Source: Auanema rhodensis
Taxonomy: Eukaryota; Animalia; Nematoda
Direction: 5' to 3'
DNA: 64,000 nucleotides
NCBI GenBank assembly: GCA_964057225.1
Contig: OZ059894.1
Coordinates: 23,746,001 to 23,810,000 of the forward strand
The notes under the pieces are model-generated. The model searched no databases. It worked only from the letters and a program-made list of their open reading frames with translations, and had not been told where the DNA came from. The translations under genes and the position numbers were made by a program. Shown in pieces: positions 1 to 13,532 of this stretch; position 1 is the stretch's first letter, and each line of letters begins with the position of its first letter.

Positions 1-3000
1 ACACGTGATGTGCACTTGGTATGTGACTCGCTTCACGTGAAAGATAAAGAGATGCGGTTTTCAGAATTAGATTCCCCATGTCCATATTAGTCTAAAAACA
101 AATTTTTATTGATATTGGTGCATGGTAACCATGACTTTGAAATTTACGTGAACTTTAATTTATGCTAATTAAATGTACACGTGATGTGCACTTGGTATGT
201 AACTCGCTTCACGTGAAAGATAAAGAGATGCGGTTTTCAAAATTAGAATCCCCATGTCCATATTAGTCTAAAAACAAATTTTTATTGATATTGGTGCATG
301 GTAACCATGATTTTGAAATTTACGTGAACTTTAATTTATGCTAATTAAATGTACACGTGATGTGCACTTGGTATGTAACTCGCTTCACGTGAAAGATAAA
401 GAGATGCGGTTTTCAAAATTAGATTTCTCATGTCCATATTAGTCTAAAAACAAATTTTTATTGATATTGGTGCATGGTAACCATGACTTTGAAATTTACG
501 TGAACTTTAATTTATGCTAATTAAATGTACACGTGATGTGCACTTGGTATGTAACTCGCTTCACGTGAAAGATAAAGAGATGCGGTTTTCAAAATTAGAT
601 TCCCCATGTACATATTAGTCTAAAAACAAATTTTTATTGATATTGGTGCATGGTAACCACGACTTTGAAATTTACGTGAACTTTAATTTATGCTAATTAA
701 ATGTACACGTGATGTGCACTTGGTATGTAACTCGCTTCACGTGAAAGATAAAGAGATGCGGTTTTCAAAATTAGATTCCCCATGTCCATATTAGTCTAAA
801 AACAAATTTTTATTGATATTGGTGCATGGTAACCATGACTTTGAAATTTACGTGAACTTTAATTTATGCTAATTAAATGTACACGTGATGTGCACTTGGT
901 ATGTAACTCGCTTCACGTGAAAGTTAAAGAGATGCGGTTTTCAAAATTAGATTCCCCATGTCCATATTAGTCTAAAAACAAATTTTTATTGATATTGGTG
1001 CATGGTAACCATGACTTTGAAATTTACGTGAACTTTAATTTATGCTTATTAAATGTACACGTGATGTGCACTTGGTATGTAACTCGCTTCACGTGAAAGA
1101 TAAAGAGATGCGGTTTTCAAAATTAGATTCCCCATGTCCATATTAGTCTAAAAACAAATTTTTATTGATATTGGTGCATGGTAACCATGACTTTGAAATT
1201 TACGTGAACTTTAATTTATGCTAATTAAATGTACACGTGATGTGCACTTGGTATGTAACTCGCTTCACGTGAAAGATAAAGAGATGCGGTTTTCAAAATT
1301 AGATTCCCCATGTCCATATTAGTCTAAAAACAAATTTTTATTGATATTGGTGCATGGTAACCATGACTTTGAAATTTACGTGAACTTTAATTTATGCTAA
1401 TTAAATGTACACGTGATGTGCACTTGGTATGTAACTCGCTTCACGTAAAAGATAAAGAGATGCGGTTTTCAAAATTAGATTCCCCATGTCCATATTAGTC
1501 TAAAAACAAATTTTTATTGATATTGGTGCATGGTAACCATGACTTTGAAATTTACGTGAACTTTAATTTATGCTAATTAAATGTACACGTGATGTGCACT
1601 TGGTATGTAACTCGCTTCACGTGAAAGATAAAGAGATGCGGTTTTCAAAATTAGATTCCCCATGTCCATATTAGTCTAAAAACAAATTTTTATTGATATT
1701 GGTGCATGGTAACCATGACTTTGAAATTTACGTGAACTTTAATTTATGCTAATTAAATGTACACGTGATGTGCACTTGGTATGTAACTCGCTTCACGTGA
1801 AAGATAAAGAGATGCGGTTCTCAAAATTAGATTCCCCATGTCCATATTAGTCTAAAAACAAATTTTTATTGATATTGGTGCATGGTAACCATGACTTTGA
1901 AATTTACGTGAACTTTAATTTATGCTGATTAAATGTACACGTGATGTGCACTTGGTATGTAACTCGCTTCACGTGAACGATAAAGAGATGCGGTTTTCAA
2001 AATTAGATTCCCCATGTCCATATTAGTCTAAAAACAAATTTTTATTGATATTGGTGCATGGTAACCATGACTTTGAAATTTACGTGAACTTTAATTTATG
2101 CTAATTAAATGTACACGTGATGTGCACTTGGTATGTAACTCGCTTCACGTAAAAGATAAAGAGATGCGGTTTTCAAAATTAGATTCCCCATGTCCATATT
2201 AGTCTAAAAACAAATTTTTATTGATATTGGTGCATGGTAACCATGACTTTGAAATTTACGTGAACTTTAATTTATGCTGATTAAATGTACACGTGATGTG
2301 CACTTGGTATGTAACTCGCTTCACGTGAACGATAAAGAGATGCGGTTTTCAAAATTAGATTCCCCATGTCCATATTAGTCGAAAAACAAATTTTTATTGA
2401 TATTGGTTCATGGTAACCATGACTTTGAAATTTACGTGAACTTTAATTTATGCTAATTAAATGTACACGTGATGTGCACTTGGTATGTAACTCGCTTCAC
2501 GTGAAAGATAAAAAGATGCGGTTTTCAGAATTAGATTCCCCATGTCCATATTAGTCTAAAAACAAATTTTTATTGATATTGGTTCATGGTAACCATGACT
2601 TTGAAATTTACGTGAACTTTAATTTATGCTAATTAAATGTACACGTGATGTGCACTTGGTATGTAACTCGCTTCACGTGAAAGATAAAGAGATGCGGTTT
2701 TCAAAATTAGAATCCCCATGTCCATATTAGTCTAAAAACAAATTTTCATTGATATTAATTCATGGTAACCATGATTTTGAAATTTACGTGAACTTTAATT
2801 TATGCTAATTAAATGTACACGTGATATGCACTTGGTATGTAACTCGCTTCACGTGAAAGATAAAGAGATGCGGTTTTCAAAATTAGATTTCTCATGTCCA
2901 TATTAGTCTAAAAACAAATTTTTATTGATATTGGTGCATGGTAACCATGACTTTGAAATTTACGTGAACTTTAATTTATGCTAATTAAATGTACACGTGG

Positions 3001-6000
3001 TGTGCACTTGGTATGTAACTCGCTTCACGTGAAAGACAAAGAGATGCGGTTTTCAAAATTAGATTCCCCATGTCCATATTAGTCTAAAAACAAATTTTTA
3101 TTGATATTGGTGCATGGTAACCATGACTTTGAAATTTACGTGAACTTTAATTTATGCTAATTAAATGTACACGTGATGTGCACTTGGTATGTAACTCGCT
3201 TCACGTGAAAGATAAAGAGATGCGGTTTTCAAAATTAGAATCCCCATGTCCATATTAGTCTAAAAACAAATTTTTATTGATATTGGTGCATGGTAACCAT
3301 GATTTTGAAATTTACGTGAACTTTAATTTATGCTAATTAAATGTACACGTGATGTGCACTTGGTATGTAACTCGCTTCACGTGAAAGATAAAGAGATGCG
3401 GTTTTCAAAATTAGAATCCCCATGTCCATATTAGTCTAAAAACAAATTTTTATTGATATTGGTGCATGGTAACCATGATTTTGAAATTTACGTGAACTTT
3501 AATTTATGCTAATTAAATGTACACGTGATGTGCACTTGGTATGTAACTCGCTTCACGTGAAAGATAAAGAGATGCGGTTTTCAAAATTAGATTTCTCATG
3601 TCCATATTAGTCTGAAAACAAATTTTTATTGATATTGGTGCATGGTAACCATGACTTTGAAATTTACGTGAACTTTAATTTATGCTAATTAAATGTACAC
3701 GTGATGTGCACTTGGTATGTAACTCGCTTCACGTGAAAGATAAAGAGATGCGGTTTTCAAAATTAGATTCCCCATGTCCATATTAGTCTAAAAACAAATT
3801 TTTATTGATATTGGTGCATGGTAACCATGACTTTGAAATTTACGTGAACTTTAATTTATGCTAATTAAATGTACACGTGATGTGCACTTGGTATGTAACT
3901 CGCTGCACGTGAAAGATAAAGAGATGCGGTTTTCAAAATTAGATTCCCCATGTCCATATTAGTCGAAAAACAAATTTTTATTGATATTGGTTCATGGTAA
4001 CCATGACTTTGAAATTTACGTGAACTTTAATTTATGCTAATTAAATGTACACGTGATGTGCACTTGGTATGTAACTCGCTTCACGTGAAAGATAAAAAGA
4101 TGCGGTTTTCAGAATTAGATTCCCCATGTCCATATTAGTCTAAAAACAAATTTTTATTGATATTGGTTCATGGTAACCATGACTTTGAAATTTACGTGAA
4201 CTTTAATTTATGCTAATTAAATGTACACGTGATGTGCACTTGGTATGTAACTCGCTTCACGTGAAAGATAAAGAGATGCGGTTTTCAAAATTAGATTTCT
4301 CATGTCCATATTAGTCTAAAAACAAATTTTTATTGATATTGGTGCATGGTAACCATGACTTTGAAATTTACGTGAACTTTAATTTATGCTAATTAAATGT
4401 ACACGTGATGTGCACTTGGTATGTAACTCGCTTCACGTGAAAGATAAAGAGATGCGGTTTTCAAAATTAGATTCCCCATGTCCATATTAGTCTAAAAACA
4501 AATTTTCATTGATATTGGTGCATGGTAACCATGACTTTGAAATTTACGTGAACTTTAATTTATGCTAATTAAATGTACACGTGATGTGCACTTGGTATGT
4601 AACTCGCTTCACGTGAAAGATAAAGAGATGCGGTTTTCAAAATTAGATTTCCCATGTCCATATTAGTCGAAAAACAAATTTTTATTGATATTGGTTCATG
4701 GTAACCATGACTTTGAAATTTACGTGAACTTTAATTTATGCTAATTAAATGTACACGTGATGTGCACTTGGTATGTAACTCGCTTCACGTGAAAGATAAA
4801 AAGATGCGGTTTTCAGAATTAGATTCCCCATGTCCATATTAGTCTAAAAACAAATTTTTATTGATATTGGTTCATGGTAACCATGACTTTGAAATTTACG
4901 TGAACTTTAATTTATGCTAATTAAATGTACACGTGATGTGCACTTGGTATGTAACTCGCTTCACGTGAAAGATAAAGAGATGCGGTTTTCAAAATTAGAT
5001 TTCTCATGTCCATATTAGTCTAAAAACAAATTTTTATTGATATTGGTGCATGGTAACCATGACTTTGAAATTTACGTGAACTTTAATTTATGCTAATTAA
5101 ATGTACACGTGATGTGCACTTGGTATGTAACTCGCTTCACGTGAAAGATAAAGAGATGCGGTTTTCAGAATTAGATTCCCCATGTCCATATTAGTCTAAA
5201 AACAAATTTTTATTGATATTGGTGCATGGTAACCATGACTTTGAAATTTACGTGAACTTTAATTTATGCTAATTAAATGTACACGTGGTGTGCACTTGGT
5301 ATGTAACTCGCTTCACGTGAAAGACAAAGAGATGCGGTTTTCAAAATTAGATTCCCCATGTCCATATTAGTCTAAAAACAAATTTTTATTGATATTGGTG
5401 CATGGTAACCATGACTTTGAAATTTACGTGAACTTTAATTTATGCTAATTAAATGTACACGTGATGTGCACTTGGTATGTAACTCGCTTCACGTGAAAGA
5501 TAAAGAGATGCGGTTTTCAAAATTAGAATCCCCATGTCCATATTAGTCTAAAAACAAATTTTTATTGATATTGGTGCATGGTAACCATGATTTTGAAATT
5601 TACGTGAACTTTAATTTATGCTAATTAAATGTACACGTGATGTGCACTTGGTATGTAACTCGCTTCACGTGAAAGATAAAGAGATGCGGTTTTCAAAATT
5701 AGATTTCTCATGTCCATATTAGTCTAAAAACAAATTTTTATTGATATTGGTGCATGGTAACCATGACTTTGAAATTTACGTGAACTTTAATTTATGCTAA
5801 TTAAATGTACACGTGATGTGCACTTGGTATGTAACTCGCTTCACGTGAAAGATAAAGAGATGCGGTTTTCAAAATTAGATTCCCCATGTCCATATTAGTC
5901 TAAAAACAAATTTTTATTGATATTGGTGCATGGTAACCATGACTTTGAAATTTACGTGAACTTTAATTTATGCTAATTAAATGTACACGTGATGTGCACT

Positions 6001-9000
6001 TGGTATGTAACTCGCTTCACGTGAAAGATAAAGAGATGCGGTTTTCAAAATTAGATTCCCCATGTCCATATTAGTCTAAAAACAAATTTTTATTGATATT
6101 GGTGCATGGTAACCATGACTTTGAAATTTACGTGAACTTTAATTTATGCTAATTAAATGTACACGTGATGTGCACTTGGTATGTAACTCGCTTCACGTGA
6201 AAGATAAAGAGATGCGGTTTTCAAAATTAAATTCCCCATGTCCATATTAGTCTAAAAACAAATTTTTATTGATATTGGTGCATGGTAACCATGACTTTGA
6301 AATTTACGTGAACTTTAATTTATGCTAATTAAATGTACACGTGATGTGCACTTGGTATGTAACTCGCTTCACGTGAAAGATAAAGAGATGCGGTTTTCAA
6401 AATTAGATTCCCCATGTCCATATTAGTCTAAAAACAAATTTTTATTGATATTGGTGCATGGTAACCATGATTTTGAAATTTACGTGAACTTTAATTTATG
6501 CTAATTAAATGTACACGTGATGTGCACTTGGTATGTAACTCGCTTCACGTGAAAGATAAAGAGATGCGGTTTTCAAAATTAGATTTCTCATGTCCATATT
6601 AGTCTAAAAACAAATTTTTATTGATATTGGTGCATGGTAACCATGACTTTGAAATTTACGTGAACTTTAATTTATGCTAATTAAATGTACACGTGATGTG
6701 CACTTGGTATGTAACTCGCTTCACGTGAAAGATAAAGAGATGCGGTTTTCAAAATTAGATTCCCCATGTCCATATTAGTCTAAAAACAAATTTTTATTGA
6801 TATTGGTGCATGGTAACCATGACTTTGAAATTTACGTGAACTTTAATTTATGCTAATTAAATGTACACGTGATGTGCACTTGGTATGTAACTCGCTTCAC
6901 GTGAAAGATAAAGAGATGCGGTTTTCAAAATTAGATTCCCCATGTCCATATTAGTCTAAAAACAAATTTTTATTGATATTGGTGCATGGTAACCATGACT
7001 TTGAAATTTACGTGAACTTTAATTTATGCTAATTAAATGTACACGTGATGTGCACTTGGTATGTAACTCGCTTCACGTGAAAGATAAAGAGATGCGGTTT
7101 TCAAAATTAGATTCCCCATGTCCATATTAGTCTAAAAACAAATTTTTATTGATATTGGTGCATGGTAACCATGACTTTGAAATTTACGTGAACTTTAATT
7201 TATGCTAATTAAATGTACACGTGATGTGCACTTGGTATGTAACTCGCTTCACGTGAAAGATAAAGAGATGCGGTTTTCAAAATTAGATTCCCCATGTCCA
7301 TATTAGTCTAAAAACAAATTTTTATTGATATTGGTGCATGGTAACCATGACTTTGAAATTTACGTGAACTTTAATTTATGCTAATTAAATGTACACGTGA
7401 TGTGCACTTGGTATGTAACTCGCTTCACGTGAAAGATAAAGAGATGCGGTTTTCAAAATTAGAATCCCCATGTCCATATTAGTCTGAAAACAAATTTTTA
7501 TTGATATTGGTGCATGGTAACCATGATTTTGAAATTTACGTGAACTTTAATTTATGCTAATTAAATGTACACGTGATGTGCACTTGGTATGTAACTCGCT
7601 TCACGTGAAAGATAAAGAGATGCGGTTTTCAAAATTAGATTTCTCATGTCCATATTAGTCTAAAAACAAATTTTTATTGATATTGGTGCATGGTAACCAT
7701 GACTTTGAAATTTACGTGAACTTTAATTTATGCTAATTAAATGTACACGTGATGTGCACTTGGTATGTAACTCGCTTCACGTGAAAGATAAAGAGATGCG
7801 GTTTTCAAAATTAGATTCCCCATGTCCATATTAGTCTAAAAACAAATTTTTATTGATATTGGTGCATGGTAACCATGACTTTGAAATTTACGTGAACTTT
7901 AATTTATGCTAATTAAATGTACACGTGATGTGCACTTGGTATGTAACTTGCTTCACGTGAAAGATAAAGAGATGCGGTTTTCAAAATTAGATTCCCCATG
8001 TCCATATTAGTCTAAAAACAAATTTTTATTGATATTGGTGCATGGTAACCATGACTTTGAAATTTACGTGAACTTTAATTTATGCTAATTAAATGTACAC
8101 GTGATGTGCACTTGGTATGTAACTCGCTTCACGTGAAAGATAAAGAGATGCGGTTTTCAAAATTAGATTCCCCATGTCCATATTAGTCTAAAAACAAATT
8201 TTTATTGATATTGGTGCATGGTAACCATGACTTTGAAATTTACGTGAACTTTAATTTATGCTAATTAAATGTACACGTGATGTGCACTTGGTATGTAACT
8301 CGCTTCACGTGAAAGATAAAGAGATGCGGTTTTCAAAATTAGATTCCCCATGTCCATATTAGTCTAAAAACAAATTTTTATTGATATTGGTGCATGGTAA
8401 CCATGACTTTGAAATTTACGTGAACTTTAATTTATGCTAATTAAATGTACACGTGATGTGCACTTGGTATGTAACTCGCTTCACGTGAAAGATAAAGAGA
8501 TGCGGTTTTCAAAATTAGATTCCCCATGTCCATATTAGTCTAAAAACAAATTTTTATTGATATTGGTGCATGGTAACCATGACTTTGAAATTTACGTGAA
8601 CTTTAATTTATGCTAATTAAATGTACACGTGATGTGCACTTGGTATGTAACTCGCTTCACGTGAAAGATAAAGAGATGAGGTTTTCAAAATTAGATTCCC
8701 CATGTCCATATTAGTCTAAAAACAAATTTTTATTGATATTAATTCATGGTAACCATGATTTTGAAATTTACGTGAACTTTAATTTATGCTAATTAAATGT
8801 ACACGTGATGTGCACTTGGTATGTAACTCGCTTCACGTGAAAGATAAAGAGATGCGGTTTTCAAAATTAGATTTCTCATGTCCATATTAGTCTAAAAACA
8901 AATTTTTATTGATATTGGTGCATGGTAACCATGACTTTGAAATTTACGTGAACTTTAATTTATGCTAATTAAATGTACACGTGCACTTGGTATGTAACTC

Positions 9001-9675
9001 GCTTCACGTAAAAGATAAAGAGATGCGGTTTTCAAAATTAGATTCCCCATGTCCATATTAGTCTAAAAACAAATTTTTATTGATATTAATTCATGGTAAC
9101 CATGATTTTGAAATTTACGTGAACTTTAATTTATGCTAATTAAATGTACACGTGATGTGCACTTGGTATGTAACTCGCTTCACGTAAAAGATAAAGAGAT
9201 GCGGTTTTCAAAATTAGATTCCCCATGTCCATATTAGTCTAAAAACAAATTTTTATTGATATTGGTTCATGGTAACCATGACTTTGAAATTTACGTGAAC
9301 TTTAATTTATGCTAATTAAATGTACACGTGATGTGCACTTGGTATGTAACTCGCTTCACGTGAAAGATAAAGAGATGCGGTTTTCAAAATTAGAATCCCC
9401 ATGTCCATATTAGTCTAAAAACAAATTTTTATTGATATTAATTCATGGTAACCATGATTTTGAAATTTACGTGAACTTTAATTTATGCTAATTAAATGTA
9501 CACGTGATGTGCACTTGGTATGTAACTCGCTTCACGTGAAAGATAAAGAGATGCGGTTTTCAAAATTAGATTTCTCATGTCCATATTAGTCTAAAAACAA
9601 ATTTTTATTGATATTGGTGCATGGTAACCATGACTTTGAAATTTACGTGAACTTTAATTTATGCTAATTAAATGT

Positions 9676-12481
9676 ACACGTGCACTTGGTATGTAACTCG
9701 CTTCACGTGAAAGATAAAGAGATGCGGTTTTCAAAATTAGAATCCCCATGTCCATATTAGTCTAAAAACAAATTTTTATTGATATTGGTGCATGGTAACC
9801 ATGACTTTGAAATTTACGTGAACTTTAATTTATGCTAATTAAATGTACACGTGATGTGCACTTGGTATGTAACTCGCTTCACGTGAAAGATAAAGAGATG
9901 CGGTTTTCAAAATTAGATTCCCCATGTCCATATTAGTCTAAAAACAAATTTTTATTGATATTGGTGCATGGTAACCATGACTTTGAAATTTACGTGAACT
10001 TTAATTTATGCTAATTAAATGTACACGTGATGTGCACTTGGTATGTAACTCGCTTCACGTGAAAGATAAAGAGATGCGGTTTTCAAAATTAGATTTCTCA
10101 TGTCCATATTAGTCTAAAAACAAATTTTTATTGATATTGGTGCATGGTAACCATGACTTTGAAATTTACGTGAACTTTAATTTATGCTAATTAAATGTAC
10201 ACGTGATGTGCACTTGGTATGTAACTCGCTTCACGTGAAAGATAAAGAGATGCGGTTTTCAAAATTAGATTCCCCATGTCCATATTAGTCTAAAAACAAA
10301 TTTTTATTGATATTGGTGCATGGTAACCATGACTTTGAAATTTACGTGAACTTTAATTTATGCTAATTAAATGTACACGTGATGTGCACTTGGTATGTAA
10401 CTCGCTTCACGTGAAAGATAAAGAGATGCGGTTTTCAAAATTAGATTCCCCATGTCCATATTAGTCGAAAAACAAATTTTTATTGATATTGGTTCATGGT
10501 AACCATGACTTTGAAATTTACGTGAACTTTAATTTATGCTAATTAAATGTGCACGTGATGTGCACTTGGTATGTAACTCGCTTCACGTGAAAGATAAAAA
10601 GATGCGGTTTTCAGAATTAGATTCCCCATGTCCATATTAGTCTAAAAACAAATTTTTATTGATATTGGTGCATGGTAACCATGACTTTGAAATTTACGTG
10701 AACTTTAATTTATGCTAATTAAATGTACACGTGATGTGCACTTGGTATGTAACTCGCTTCACGTGAAAGATAAAGAGATGCGGTTTTCAAAATTAGAATC
10801 CCCATGTCCATATTAGTCTAAAAACAAATTTTTATTGATATTGGTGCATGGTAACCATGACTTTGAAATTTACGTGAACTTTAATTTATGCTAATTAAAT
10901 GTACACGTGATGTGCACTTGGTATGTAACTCGCTTCACGTGAAAGATAAAGAGATGCGGTTTTCAAAATTAGATTTCTCATGTCCATATTAGTCTAAAAA
11001 CAAATTTTTATTGATATTGGTGCATGGTAACCATGAATTTGAAATTTACGTGAACTTTAATTTATGCTAATTAAATGTACACGTGCACTTGGTATGTAAC
11101 TCGCTTCACGTGAAAGATAAAGAGATGCGGTTTTCAAAATTAGAATCCCCATGTCCATATTAGTCTAAAAACAAATTTTTATTGATATTGGTGCATGGTA
11201 ACCATGACTTTGAAATTTACGTGAACTTTAATTTATGCTAATTAAATGTACACGTGATGTGCACTTGGTATGTAACTCGCTTCACGTGAAAGATAAAGAG
11301 ATGCGGTTTTCAAAATTAGATTCCCCATGTCCATATTAGTCTAAAAACAAATTTTTATTGATATTGGTGCATGGTAACCATGACTTTGAAATTTACGTGA
11401 ACTTTAATTTATGCTAATTAAATGTACACGTGATGTGCACTTGGTATGTAACTCGCTTCACGTGAAAGATAAAGAGATGCGGTTTTCAAAATTAGATTTC
11501 TCATGTCCATATTAGTCTAAAAACAAATTTTTATTGATATTGGTGCATGGTAACCATGACTTTGAAATTTACGTGAACTTTAATTTATGCTAATTAAATG
11601 TACACGTGATGTGCACTTGGTATGTAACTCGCTTCACGTGAAAGATAAAGAGATGCGGTTTTCAAAATTAGATTCCCCATGTCCATATTAGTCTAAAAAC
11701 AAATTTTTATTGATATTGGTGCATGGTAACCATGACTTTGAAATTTACGTGAACTTTAATTTATGCTAATTAAATGTACACGTGATGTGCACTTGGTATG
11801 TAACTCGCTTCACGTGAAAGATAAAGAGATGCGGTTTTCAAAATTAGATTCCCCATGTCCATATTAGTCGAAAAACAAATTTTTATTGATATTGGTTCAT
11901 GGTAACCATGACTTTGAAATTTACGTGAACTTTAATTTATGCTAATTAAATGTGCACGTGATGTGCACTTGGTATGTAACTCGCTTCACGTGAAAGATAA
12001 AAAGATGCGGTTTTCAGAATTAGATTCCCCATGTCCATATTAGTCTAAAAACAAATTTTTATTGATATTGGTTCATGGTAACCATGACTTTGAAATTTAC
12101 GTGAACTTTAATTTATGCTAATTAAATGTACACGTGATGTGCACTTGGTATGTAACTCGCTTCACGTGAAAGATAAAGAGATGCGGTTTTCAAAATTAGA
12201 ATCCCCATGTCCATATTAGTCTAAAAACAAATTTTTATTGATATTAATTCATGGTAACCATGATTTTGAAATTTACGTGAACTTTAATTTATGCTAATTA
12301 AATGTACACGTGATGTGCACTTGGTATGTAACTCGCTTCACGTGAAAGATAAAGAGATGCGGTTTTCAAAATTAGATTTCTCATGTCCATATTAGTCTAA
12401 AAACAAATTTTTATTGATATTGGTGCATGGTAACCATGACTTTGAAATTTACGTGAACTTTAATTTATGCTAATTAAATGT
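9676..12481. repeat. 8-monomer higher-order repeat (1403 bp), 2 copies
   Basis: 171-bp deletion monomers (ACACGTGCAC instead of ACACGTGATGTGCAC) start at 9676, 11079 and 12482, a spacing of 1403 = 171+7x176. Internal variant order is conserved: deletion+AGAATCC, consensus, TTTCTC, consensus, GTCG, AAAAAGATG/CAGAA, AGAATCC, TTTCTC. Confidence 0.93.
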
Positions 12482-13532
12482 ACACGTGCACTTGGTATGT
12501 AACTCGCTTCACGTGAAAGATAAAGAGATGCGGTTTACAAAATTAGATTCCCCATGTCCATATTAGTCTAAAAACAAATTTTTATTGATATTGGTGCATG
12601 GTAACCATGACTTTGAAATTTACGTGAACTTTAATTTATGCTAATTAAATGTACACGTGATGTGCACTTGGTATGTAACTCGCTTCACGTGAAAGATAAA
12701 GAGATGCGGTTTTCAAAATTAGATTCCCCATGTCCATATTAGTCTAAAAACAAATTTTTATTGATATTGGTGCATGGTAACCATGACTTTGAAATTTACG
12801 TGAACTTTAATTTATGCTAATTAAATGTACACGTGATGTGCACTTGGTATGTAACTCGCTTCACGTGAAAGATAAAGAGATGCGGTTTTCACAATTAGAT
12901 TCCCCATGTCCATATTAGTCTAAAAACAAATTTTTATTGATATTGGTGCATGGTAACCATGACTTTGAAATTTACGTGAACTTTAATTTATGCTAATTAA
13001 ATGTACACGTGATGTGCACTTGGTATGTAACTCGCTTCAAGTGAAAGATAAAGAGATGCGGTTTTCAAAATTAGATTCCCCATGTCCATATTAGTCTAAA
13101 AACAAATTTTTATTGATATTGGTGCATGGTAACCATGACTTTGAAATTTACGTGAACTTTAATTTATGCTAATTAAATGTACACGTGATGTGCACTTGGT
13201 ATGTAACTCGCTTCACGTGAAAGATAAAGAGATGCGGTTTTCAAAATTAGATTCCCCATGTCCATATTAGTCTAAAAACAAATTTTTATTGATATTGGTG
13301 CATGGTAACCATGACTTTGAAATTTACGTGAACTTTAATTTATGCTAATTAAATGTACACGTGATGTGCACTTGGTATGTAACTCGCTTCACGTGAAAGA
13401 TAAAGAGATGCGGTTTTCAAAATTAGATTCCCCATGTCCATATTAGTCTAAAAACAAATTTTTATTGATATTGGTGCATGGTAACCATGACTTTGAAATT
13501 TACGTGAACTTTAATTTATGCTAATTAAATGT

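Noticed and set aside
2-41. Yeast-type point centromere (CDEI-CDEII-CDEIII)
   Set aside because: A CDEI-like octamer is present, but there is no 80-bp >90% AT CDEII and no CCGAA-containing CDEIII, and point centromeres are not tandemly arrayed.
1-176. Assignment to alpha satellite, Arabidopsis CEN178 or Brassica CentBr; CENP-B box
   Set aside because: Only the length is similar. I recognise no sequence similarity, and no TTCG-N4-A-N2-CGGG motif is present on either strand.
1-176. Tandem 5S rRNA, tRNA, snRNA or spliced-leader gene array
   Set aside because: No recognisable conserved RNA motifs, cloverleaf or Pol III A/B/C boxes by eye. An Rfam/Infernal scan would settle it.
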